Source: Longimicrobiales bacterium (GTDB lineage: Bacteria; Gemmatimonadota; Gemmatimonadetes; Longimicrobiales; Gaopeijiaceae). Taken from it: a DNA stretch of 64,000 bases. The DNA lies in NCBI GenBank assembly GCA_965248195.1, contig CBDFIQ010000001.1, positions 64,001 to 128,000 of the forward strand, given 5' to 3'. The notes under the pieces were generated by a model. That model saw only the letters and a list, made by a program, of their open reading frames with translations. It searched no databases and had not been told where the DNA came from. Below, piece after piece: positions 38,720 through 46,134 of the stretch. Both the position numbers and the translations under genes were made by a program. Positions within the stretch are counted from its first letter, which is position 1, and each line of letters begins with the position of its first letter.

Positions 38720-39541
38720 CTATCCCCCTGCGCCTATTCTGGACACCGTGTCGGCGGAGTCCGCCATGGCTCTCAACTTGGCCGGGAAGCCAGTTCCGCA
38801 GATCTGCTCCAGAGGATAAGGGGACTCCTGGGGTTTCTGAAACAAGGAGTCCATTTCTGCCGCCTTGCGTCGGTACACGTCGGCTCGAACTCTGTATCTT
38901 CCAGGGGGTGCCACTTCACTCAAGGACTCGCCAACTACCCGGAAGTACCTGGGCCAGTACGCTTCTTCGCCACAAATCGATGGAACGGCGCCTCCGCACT
39001 CGATCAGTGGGTATGCTCCGCCCTCGAATGTCTCGATGACATACTGACCGTCCTCTCGACGTAGGTTCCCGGCAATGCATTCGTCGAACGGGATTAAGAG
39101 CAACTCGGGCCCTTCATTGGTGGAGAGCACCGCCGCGGTGGCATTGGTCTCTTCGTAGCCCAACGACCAAAAGAGGTCTGTTCGACCATCCCCATTCAGG
39201 TCGGCGAGAGCGACCTCCGGCCTCCCTCCGTAGAGGTCTCCCGACCGCCAATATTCGTCGGTTCCAATAGCCCAAAGCACTTGGTGGTCATACACACCGA
39301 TCGGATCGAGGAACACGCTGTCCACACCCGTTGCGGAAATGAGCACTCGTTCGCGGCCCTGTTGAACGGACTGGGTAACGGGCGAATCTGCAACCAGATC
39401 TGCCGATCCCGCCTCAGTGGATCTTGCGGCTGAAGAGTTCTCCCCCCTTTGCGACTCCGGTCCGCACGCAACGAAACCCAACCCCGTCGCGGCTATCAGA
39501 AATGGCGTCAGCTTCAAAGACCTAATCCTCGTCGAAAGCAT
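38720..39541 (-). CDS. cassette: hypothetical lipoprotein with an FG-GAP-like DLNGDGRTDL motif
   Basis: FVAC lipobox; ends GTTAACTGAC/GTCAGTTAAC perfectly complementary. Confidence 0.75.
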   Translation of the reverse strand: MLSTRIRSLKLTPFLIAATGLGFVACGPESQRGENSSAARSTEAGSADLVADSPVTQSVQQGRERVLISATGVDSVFLDPIGVYDHQVLWAIGTDEYWRSGDLYGGRPEVALADLNGDGRTDLFWSLGYEETNATAAVLSTNEGPELLLIPFDECIAGNLRREDGQYVIETFEGGAYPLIECGGAVPSICGEEAYWPRYFRVVGESLSEVAPPGRYRVRADVYRRKAAEMDSLFQKPQESPYPLEQICGTGFPAKLRAMADSADTVSRIGAGG

Positions 39542-39544
39542 GTC

Positions 39545-39631
39545 AGTTAACGAATAAGGATTGTTTCCGAACTCTACGGAAGAGCGGGCAGGAAGGCGAG
39601 GTAGTGCGAGTGCGGAAAGGATCCGTTGAAC
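39545..39631 (-). other. att-like site at the 3' end of the recombinase/transposase module
   Basis: AGTTAAC...GTTGAAC; GGATTGTTTCCGAACTC pairs with GAGTGCGGAAAGGATCC (14/17). Confidence 0.7.
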
Positions 39632-39648
39632 GAAGCCGCTACGTGGTG

Positions 39649-41024
39649 GGTAGTGTCCCTAGATTTGTGTAAAAGCGGATAAGCTGGACAGGAGGGAAAG
39701 AAAAACGGAAGCTCCTCTGTTGTTGTTCACTGTCACATGAACCCGGGAGTCCGGGTCTGCAGAGCAGGCTCGGAACCGGAGAGGAGCTTCCGATGCAAGA
39801 GATTGTGGAGATCGGTCGGGCCACGCAAGACGAGCTACGCGATGATTTGCGCGAGCTGTTTCAAGGCGCGATCCGGCTGACGCTCGAGATGGTGCTGGAA
39901 GAGGAGCTGAAGGCCATGGTAGGTGCACGCCGCTTCGAGCGGGTGGGAAGCCGGAAGGACCATAGGAACGGCACATACCTGAGGCGGCTGCTGACGAGCC
40001 TGGGGCAGATCGAGGTCGCCATGCCCCGGAGCCGGGACAACGGTTCGCCGGCCGACGTGATCGGCCGCTACCAGCGCAGGAGCCCCGAGCTCGACGAGAT
40101 GATGGTCGAGGCGTATGTGAGCGGCGTGTCACAGCGCAAGATGGGCGACGTCACCGAGGCGCTGATGGGCGAGCGTGTTGGGCGCTCGACGGTGAGTCGT
40201 GTGGCAAAACGGCTCGACGAGGCCGTGGAAGGGCTGCGCCGTGCGCCGATCGAGGGGCCTCACCCCTATCTGTACCTGGACGCCACGTTCTTGGACGCCC
40301 GCTGGGCCCGCAAAGTCGAGAACGTGAGTGCGCTCGTGGCGTATGCAGTGGGCCCTGAGGGTCACCGACGGCTCCTGGCCGTCACGCTGGGCGCTGAGGA
40401 GTCGCAGCAGAGCTGGTCGGAGCTCCTCGAGCAACTCCAGGACCGCGGCCTCGGCGGTGTCGAGCTCGTGATCGCCGATGAGCACGCAGGCCTGGCAGCT
40501 GCGGTCCGCCGCTTCCTGCCCGAGGCACGCCGTCAGAGGTGTACGGTCCATCTGCAGCGTAATGTGGGGGCGAGGGTCCCCCACCGCCTACGCAAGCGCG
40601 TGGCGCGTGAGGTCTCGGTGATCTTCCAGACATCCGGACTCGCCGAGGCGAAGAAGCTCCTGGGCGAGTTCGGCGCACGCTGGAAGAAGGAGCTGCCCGA
40701 GGCCGTGGAGGTCCTGGAGCGGGGCTTCGGGGCAGCGACGCAGTTCTACGCGTTCCCCGAGGCGCACTGGCCCCGGCTGCGTACCACCAACAGCCTCGAG
40801 CGGCTGCACGGCGAGATCAAACGCAGGATCAAGGCCGCCGGCGCCTTCCCGGACCGGGCCAGCGCCCTCAGGCTCATCACGGCCGTCGCACTCAGGACCA
40901 CACACGTCTGGGGCGACCGGCGTTACCTCGACCTCTCACTCCTCCAGAAACAGGAGGTCGCCCAAGCAGCCTAGCCGAAGGCGAGGAGCTTCCTCCGCTT
41001 TTACACACAAATCGGGACTTGACC
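39649..41024 (+). mobile_element. IS256-family insertion sequence, copy 2 (1376 bp)
   Basis: same ends and identical transposase protein as copy 1, in opposite orientation; flanks ACGTGGTG/ACGTGGGG (7/8 TSD). Confidence 0.95.
39793..40974 (+). CDS. IS256 family DDE transposase
   Basis: protein identical to 34243-35424. Confidence 0.95.
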   Translation: MQEIVEIGRATQDELRDDLRELFQGAIRLTLEMVLEEELKAMVGARRFERVGSRKDHRNGTYLRRLLTSLGQIEVAMPRSRDNGSPADVIGRYQRRSPELDEMMVEAYVSGVSQRKMGDVTEALMGERVGRSTVSRVAKRLDEAVEGLRRAPIEGPHPYLYLDATFLDARWARKVENVSALVAYAVGPEGHRRLLAVTLGAEESQQSWSELLEQLQDRGLGGVELVIADEHAGLAAAVRRFLPEARRQRCTVHLQRNVGARVPHRLRKRVAREVSVIFQTSGLAEAKKLLGEFGARWKKELPEAVEVLERGFGAATQFYAFPEAHWPRLRTTNSLERLHGEIKRRIKAAGAFPDRASALRLITAVALRTTHVWGDRRYLDLSLLQKQEVAQAA

Positions 41025-41214
41025 ACGTGGGGCTATGGAGATTGGAAGGCCGTCGAACTGGCTCCGGATGGCCTGAGGCACGCGAGATGGTGGACGGAGC
41101 CACCGAAGAGAGTGGGGATCGGGCTCCGACACGACCATGTGGGAAGTGATGAAGGGGCTGTGGCCGACGTAGGCACAGTCGGGTCCATCGCCGCCGTTGA
41201 GGAACAGCCACGTA

Positions 41215-42423
41215 TCAGGATGCGACACGGTGGACCCATGGGTTCGGAGGAGGAGGTCGCCCGAGGACCTGCACACACTGTAGCACGCCCTTTCTACAGC
41301 TGGGACAGACGTGCAGATCACGAGGCCGTAGATCGAGGAGGATCTCATCGCCATCGAGGGACTCTGGTTGCGGATCGAGGGAGACTGCTGGCTGCCCGAG
41401 TGCCTCGCGAGAGCATGCGAGCAGTCGAGCGCGGCTGGCGTTGGCGAAGATCCCGTAGTAGCGGATACGCACGAAGCCCTTCGGTAAGACGTGTAGCAGG
41501 AAGCGACGGGCGAACTCGTGGAGGGGAAGCATGAGAGTCCGGGCCCTGCGACCTCGGTAGTCCTTGTAGCGGAAGCACACAGACTGGTCGTCTACGTGGA
41601 GCAGACGATGGTTCGAGATCGCGACTCGGTGGGTATAGCGAGCCAGGTACTCGAGAACGGGCTTCGGACCGTCGAAGGGGGGTTTGGCATAGACGACCCA
41701 CTCAGTCTGGCGAGCCGCGTTGAGGTGGCGCGCGAACGCCGCGCGTGAGCGGTAGCGGGCGAGGGCACCGTGCAACTCGAGGCTCCCGTCCCGAAACGCA
41801 TCCCAGAGTCCTGCGGTGAACTTTCCCCGGAACAAACGACTGAGCACGCGCACCGGCAGGAAGAAGCCCGGCCGACAAGGACGCCATGTACGGTCACCTT
41901 CCGCCAGGCCGCCCGCTGGGACAACGCAGTGTACGTGCGGATGATGGACCAGCGTCTGGCCCCAAGTATGCAGGACGGCGAAGAACCCGATCCGTGCGCC
42001 GAGATGCTTCGGGTTCAGGGCGACATCCTGCAGCGTCCGCCCCACGGTACGAAGCAGGAGACCGTAGAAAACGCGTGGGTTCTGCAGCGCCAACGGTGCC
42101 AGGCTCTGCGGCACAGTGAAGACGACGTGCGCGTAGGGCACAGGTAACACCTCGGCCTGGCGTGCCTCGAGCCAGTCCGCTTGGGCACTACCCTGGCACT
42201 TTGGACAGTGACGGTTGCGGCACGAGTTGTACGAGATCCTCCGGTGACCGCAGGCGTCGCAGGCGTCGATGTGACCACCCAGCCGTGCGGTTCGGCAGGC
42301 GGTGATCGCCTCGACGACCGCACGTTGCTCCCAACTCCATCTCGCCCCGGATCCCAGCGAGCGCGGCGCTTCGCGGTACTCTTGGAAGACCTCGGCAAGC
42401 TCGTGCCGGGGTCGCTTGGTCAC
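41215..42423 (-). CDS. IS91 family (HUH/Y2) transposase
   Basis: Zn-binding CxxC...SCRNRHCPKCQ; HVVFTVP; LHTWG..HPHVH (HUH); YLARY (Y2); IRYYG. Confidence 0.93.
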   Translation of the reverse strand: MTKRPRHELAEVFQEYREAPRSLGSGARWSWEQRAVVEAITACRTARLGGHIDACDACGHRRISYNSCRNRHCPKCQGSAQADWLEARQAEVLPVPYAHVVFTVPQSLAPLALQNPRVFYGLLLRTVGRTLQDVALNPKHLGARIGFFAVLHTWGQTLVHHPHVHCVVPAGGLAEGDRTWRPCRPGFFLPVRVLSRLFRGKFTAGLWDAFRDGSLELHGALARYRSRAAFARHLNAARQTEWVVYAKPPFDGPKPVLEYLARYTHRVAISNHRLLHVDDQSVCFRYKDYRGRRARTLMLPLHEFARRFLLHVLPKGFVRIRYYGIFANASRARLLACSREALGQPAVSLDPQPESLDGDEILLDLRPRDLHVCPSCRKGVLQCVQVLGRPPPPNPWVHRVAS

Positions 42424-43278
42424 CTACTCCGTTGGCTCGAACTCCGAGCTCAAGGCATCCAGAGGACTCTTAATCGAACGGAGCCGTGCCGTGGCCACGT
42501 GCGTGTAGATCGCCGTGGTCTGGAGCGCCCGGTGACCGAGCAGCGTTTGGATCATCCGCAGATCCGTGCCCGACTCCAGCAGGTGCGTCGCGTAGCTGTG
42601 ACGGAGCGTACGGGGTGTCACCCGCTTCGTGATCCCCGCTCGCGCACCGGCCGCCCCGATCACTCGTTGTACCGTCCGGCTCGTGAGCGGCTGGTCCGGA
42701 GCGCGTCCGTAGAACAGCAAGCTCCTTGGCCTGTACATACGCCAATATGCCCGCAGCGTCGCCAGCAACACGCCCGACAGGACCACCTGCCGGTCCTTGT
42801 CCCCCTTGCCGTGGCGCACGGTGATCACCATCCGGTCACTATCGATGTCGCGCACTTGCAGCCCCAGCACCTCGCTGGTCCTCAGCCCGCCACCGTACAG
42901 CGTCATTGCCATCGCCCGGTGCTTCAGGTTCCCTACCCCCTTGAGCAGACGTCCGACCTCCTCCGGGCTTAGCACCACCGGGTTGCGTCTCTTCTGTCGC
43001 GGGTAGGGGAGGTGGGGCAACAGCTCCGGCCGGTCCAGCGTCACACGGTACAGGAACCGCATTGCCCCCACCGCCTGCTTGAACGCCGAACGCGATACGT
43101 CCCGCTCCTCCTTCAGGTACCGCAGGTATCCGCGTATCTCTTCGCGGCCCAGCGTGTCCGGAGATCGCCCGAAGTGCTGCGCCATCTCGGCGACACGTCT
43201 GATGTAGATCGCCTGCGTGCGCTCTGCGTAGTTCCGGACCCTCAGATCCGTCAGCATCTTCTGCCGTAGCTCGCTCAT
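42424..43278 (-). CDS. tyrosine recombinase (IntI-like N-terminal SAM domain, no IntI-specific insertion)
   Basis: LYGGGLR, GKGDKDR, RTLRHSYATHLLE, LLGH, TAIYTHV; GAGGAG RBS before ATG 43278. Confidence 0.92.
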   Translation of the reverse strand: MSELRQKMLTDLRVRNYAERTQAIYIRRVAEMAQHFGRSPDTLGREEIRGYLRYLKEERDVSRSAFKQAVGAMRFLYRVTLDRPELLPHLPYPRQKRRNPVVLSPEEVGRLLKGVGNLKHRAMAMTLYGGGLRTSEVLGLQVRDIDSDRMVITVRHGKGDKDRQVVLSGVLLATLRAYWRMYRPRSLLFYGRAPDQPLTSRTVQRVIGAAGARAGITKRVTPRTLRHSYATHLLESGTDLRMIQTLLGHRALQTTAIYTHVATARLRSIKSPLDALSSEFEPTE

Positions 43279-43407
43279 CGGTCCCTCCTCGACTGGGTTG
43301 CGTTGGGGCACGCAACCTACTCGCCCAGTCCTCGGAACCTCGGCCCTACTCAGACACCGGAATCACCACCCACCGCGAGCCCTCACCACCCACCGCGTAG
43401 CGGTTTA

Positions 43408-43527
43408 GTTCAACGATTTCTTCCCGAACCATATCAGATTACCCGCCGACTCGCGATGCCATCACGACGGATGTCGCCTATGCTCGGCCAAGCCGGAACG
43501 TGTCGCCCTCCGGCCCAAACGTTATGG
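43408..43527 (-). other. poorly paired or hybrid att-like interval
   Basis: GTTCAAC and GTTATGG cores present but no long-range stem; GTTATGGGCCATCAC matches the far end of the HigBA cassette at 13/15. Confidence 0.5.
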
Positions 43528-43543
43528 GCCATCACGCCTCAAA

Positions 43544-43870
43544 CTAGGCCGGGGACTTCGCACCGCGTCCGCCAGGGTACCGTGGGATCTTCTTGAGGAC
43601 CTCGGCTTCTGACTTCCGCGCGTGGTAGAGGTCCCAAGCGAGTTGGAGATTGAGCCAGAAATCAGAGGAAGTTCCGAAATACTGAGATAGGCGAAGCGCA
43701 GTACTTGGGGTAACTCCGCGACGTCCATTAACGATCTCGTTCACACGCTGGTAGGGAACGGCGATCGCATCTGCCAGCTGCCTCTGGGTGATCCCCATCG
43801 GTGCTAGGAACTCCTCCAGGAGCATCACTCCGGGATGCGTCGGGAGGCGATGAGTGGGCACACGAACCAT
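43544..43870 (-). CDS. higA: cassette: HigA/VapI family antitoxin
   Basis: PTHPGVMLLEEFL..GITQRQLA..VNEIVNGRRGVT..ALRL..FWLNLQ. Confidence 0.92.
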   Translation of the reverse strand: MVRVPTHRLPTHPGVMLLEEFLAPMGITQRQLADAIAVPYQRVNEIVNGRRGVTPSTALRLSQYFGTSSDFWLNLQLAWDLYHARKSEAEVLKKIPRYPGGRGAKSPA

Positions 43871-43878
43871 AAGAAGCC

Positions 43879-44172
43879 TCAGTGGTAATCGACGACCTGT
43901 ACGTCCTCTGGGCCGTTCGGCGTCCATCGGAAACAGATCCGGTATTGATCGTTGATTCGAATGCTATGCTCCCCTTTGCGGTCACCCTTCAGGGCCTCGA
44001 GTCGGTTTCCTGGAGGGATCCGGAGATCCTCAAGAATAGCGGCGGCAGCAAGCGCATCTAGCTTTTTCCCACCCTGCCTCCAGAGGGACTGAGGAAGCGT
44101 CCTTCGGGCCAGTTTCGTGGGGCGCCCATAGAAGAGATCCTCTGTCGCTTCGTCCTTGAAGCTTCGAATCAT
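43879..44172 (-). CDS. higB: cassette: HigB (RelE/ParE superfamily) toxin
   Basis: MIRSFKD...DLRIPPGNRLEALKGDRKGEHSIRINDQYRICF..DYH. Confidence 0.92.
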   Translation of the reverse strand: MIRSFKDEATEDLFYGRPTKLARRTLPQSLWRQGGKKLDALAAAAILEDLRIPPGNRLEALKGDRKGEHSIRINDQYRICFRWTPNGPEDVQVVDYH

Positions 44173-44173
44173 A

Positions 44174-44200
44174 TAGCATGATAGCCGGGATATCGTGCTA
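44174..44200. promoter_or_regulatory. putative HigA operator palindrome
   Basis: TAGCATGATA-N7-TATCGTGCTA (9/10) immediately upstream of the toxin ATG. Confidence 0.6.
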
Positions 44201-44235
44201 ACACAAGAAGAACCAATTACCTGTTCGGTGATGTC

Positions 44236-44290
44236 CGATAACGGTCCAGGCGCTCCCGACGTGGAGCGAAGCGTAGGTCCGCGGAGCGGC
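44236..44290 (-). other. truncated attC-like half-site marking the array end
   Basis: ATAACGGTCCAGGCGCTCCCGACG (44238-44261) is identical to 31045-31068 of site 1; partner arm not found. Confidence 0.65.
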
Positions 44291-44482
44291 CAGGCCCTCG
44301 TTGGGGTCAACGGCGGCGCGAAGTGAGCCGTCCTTGGCGCGGCAACCAACGACCGCGACAAAGTCACGGACCCTAAACCCATAACGGCTCCAGCCACGGC
44401 GGACCGAAGCGTTGGGACCAGTCTTCAGGTTCTCCAGCCGTTCGCACGTGATCCAAGTCGCGCACGGGTGGCGACTCTGACA

Positions 44483-45355
44483 CTAGCGGGCCGGTCGGCC
44501 CTCCGCTTCCCGGAGCATCGCTTCGAAGCTGGCCTCGACACCCGCCACGAGACTCCTCCACCCTTCCGCGTCAAAGCAGGTCACACACCTCGGGTCGACA
44601 GGAAGAGCCGGGTCCAACTCGCGGGGCGGATCCTGCGGGTGATTGTGGAGGAAGAGGTCGGGAGGTTCGAGCTCCTTCAGCCTTTGAAGCGTCCTCTCCG
44701 TGTCGGCGACAACCGTCGGGTGCCGGGGATTGTTGAAGAGCTGAGCCCCCGCGTTCGGAATTTCGCCGCCGCGGAAGGCGACGGAGTAGGTGTCCCCACC
44801 CTCCTGGACGGTTGTCATCCACATCGTTGCTCCTTGCGTGTGGCCCCCCGTCCAGAGGGCGTGCAACGTCACCCCACCCAGCGTGACCGTGTCACCGTCC
44901 TCGACCACGCGATCCACCGTGACAGGCTCCCAGTCTCGGGCCCCGATAGCCGAGTTGTCCTGGCCTGATTGGAGCGCCACGGCGTCGCCGCCGAGCGCAA
45001 CAACCTGCGCACCGGTCACTCGCTTCATAGCCGCGTGTCCCTCGACGTGGTCCCAATGCGCATGGCTCGAAATCATGATCCGGATGTCGCGGACGTTGAA
45101 CCCGAGTTTCTCGACGTTCGAGACGATGAGCGCGTGCATATCGGCGCTGCCCGTGTCGTGGAGAATGTGGCCCTCCGGCGTGGTGATGAGGTAGGAGCCA
45201 TATTGGCCGCCGACATAGTAGATATCGCCTATGACGCGGAACGGTTCTATGGCTTCGCTCGCCTCCTGAATGCGCTCCCCTCGTTCCGCTGCACCACACG
45301 CCGACATAGATACCATCGCTGCACTCAGCACCACCAAGGCATATATCAGACGCAT
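44483..45355 (-). CDS. subclass B3 metallo-beta-lactamase-like lipoprotein
   Basis: PFRVIGDIYYVG, SYLITTPEGHIL.D.G, SHAHWDH, GHTQG, C-terminal HNH. Confidence 0.8.
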   Translation of the reverse strand: MRLIYALVVLSAAMVSMSACGAAERGERIQEASEAIEPFRVIGDIYYVGGQYGSYLITTPEGHILHDTGSADMHALIVSNVEKLGFNVRDIRIMISSHAHWDHVEGHAAMKRVTGAQVVALGGDAVALQSGQDNSAIGARDWEPVTVDRVVEDGDTVTLGGVTLHALWTGGHTQGATMWMTTVQEGGDTYSVAFRGGEIPNAGAQLFNNPRHPTVVADTERTLQRLKELEPPDLFLHNHPQDPPRELDPALPVDPRCVTCFDAEGWRSLVAGVEASFEAMLREAEGRPAR

Positions 45356-45617
45356 ACGGCCTCCTTACAAAACGTGTGTGTCGCCCGTCCGCTTCGGCAA
45401 GCGGTATCAATTAAGATCTTCCTCAGCCGGGGAAATCAGCTTACCGAGGAGTGTGCCGATCTCGTAGTGGCCGAGTTTGGAGCCGGATTCTATGGGATGA
45501 ATAAGACTACAGGTGGGATCTCAGGTCAACGAAACTGTCACATGTCCGTGTTGGGATGCTGTGCCTCCGGCGCATGCTCCTCGAGCATGCTCGCAAATCC
45601 CGCAATACGCGAACGGC

Positions 45618-46112
45618 CTAACCCCCAACTAGGAGGATGTGGACGTTCTCGAGCCCGGGGCTCGACCATTGCGGATACTTGGCCACGAAGCTCGCGTGAA
45701 CCGCCTCATGCTTCTCGGCGTCGGTCACGTGGCTTACGGTCTGATCGAAGATTCGATCACCGATCTTCAGGCGCACCCTCGGGTCGCGCATCACATTGCG
45801 GTTCCAGCCGCGCTCGTCTGGAAACACCCCGCCCTGGTAGTAGGCGGAGAACAAGTAGAGGTCGCCCTCATGGACCGTGCAGTACGTGGTCACGGAATGG
45901 GGAATCAGGTAGGGCGTGCGGGTTTGAACGAAGATCTCCTGATGGTTTCCCGTGAACGCCCAATCGGTAACCGGCTCGGTAACCCGGTCCCCAGCCAACC
46001 ACAACCCAGGGCGCTGATCGCTGGGCTCGTAGCCAAGAAGGCGCAGTGAGACGAGCCCGCCGCCCACCAACAGCAGCAGGGCGAATCCAGCCGTCATAAG
46101 GGTTTTCTTCAT
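45618..46112 (-). CDS. split-barrel (PNPOx/deazaflavin-nitroreductase-like) protein
   Basis: PGLWLAG...PHSVTT...WNRNVMRDPRVRLKIG; N-terminal TM. Confidence 0.6.
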   Translation of the reverse strand: MKKTLMTAGFALLLLVGGGLVSLRLLGYEPSDQRPGLWLAGDRVTEPVTDWAFTGNHQEIFVQTRTPYLIPHSVTTYCTVHEGDLYLFSAYYQGGVFPDERGWNRNVMRDPRVRLKIGDRIFDQTVSHVTDAEKHEAVHASFVAKYPQWSSPGLENVHILLVGG

Positions 46113-46134
46113 CTTTGACTCGCTTCGCCGACCA

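Larger units (their letters stand above)
39625..43414 (-). mobile_element. IS91-like element (tyrosine recombinase + Y2 transposase) interrupted by IS256 copy 2
   Basis: two-gene module; inverted ends GTTGAACGAAGCCGCTACGTGGTG (39625-39648) and CACCGCGTAGCGGTTTAGTTCAAC (43391-43414), 21/24 match. Confidence 0.8.

Noticed and set aside
42424..43278. Calling the recombinase a canonical integron integrase (intI)
   Set aside because: It is only 284 aa with no IntI-specific insertion between LRAYW and LLFYG, is co-oriented with the cassettes, and is coupled to an IS91-type transposase.
33109..44242. GTTATCGGAC (33109) complementary to GTCCGATAAC (44233), suggesting a 10-kb nested insertion inside one cassette
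   Set aside because: The 44228-44242 end already pairs 13/15 with 43521-43535, which bounds the HigBA cassette normally.
31043..44290. CRISPR array or REP/BIME interpretation of the repeats
   Set aside because: The repeats are 80-160 bp, variable, separated by whole genes and have AAC/GTT cores; no cas genes are present.
44379..44417. CCATAAC...GTTGGGA as a mini attC for the MBL gene
   Set aside because: It is only 39 bp with weak pairing, and no complementary cassette start was found upstream of the gene.
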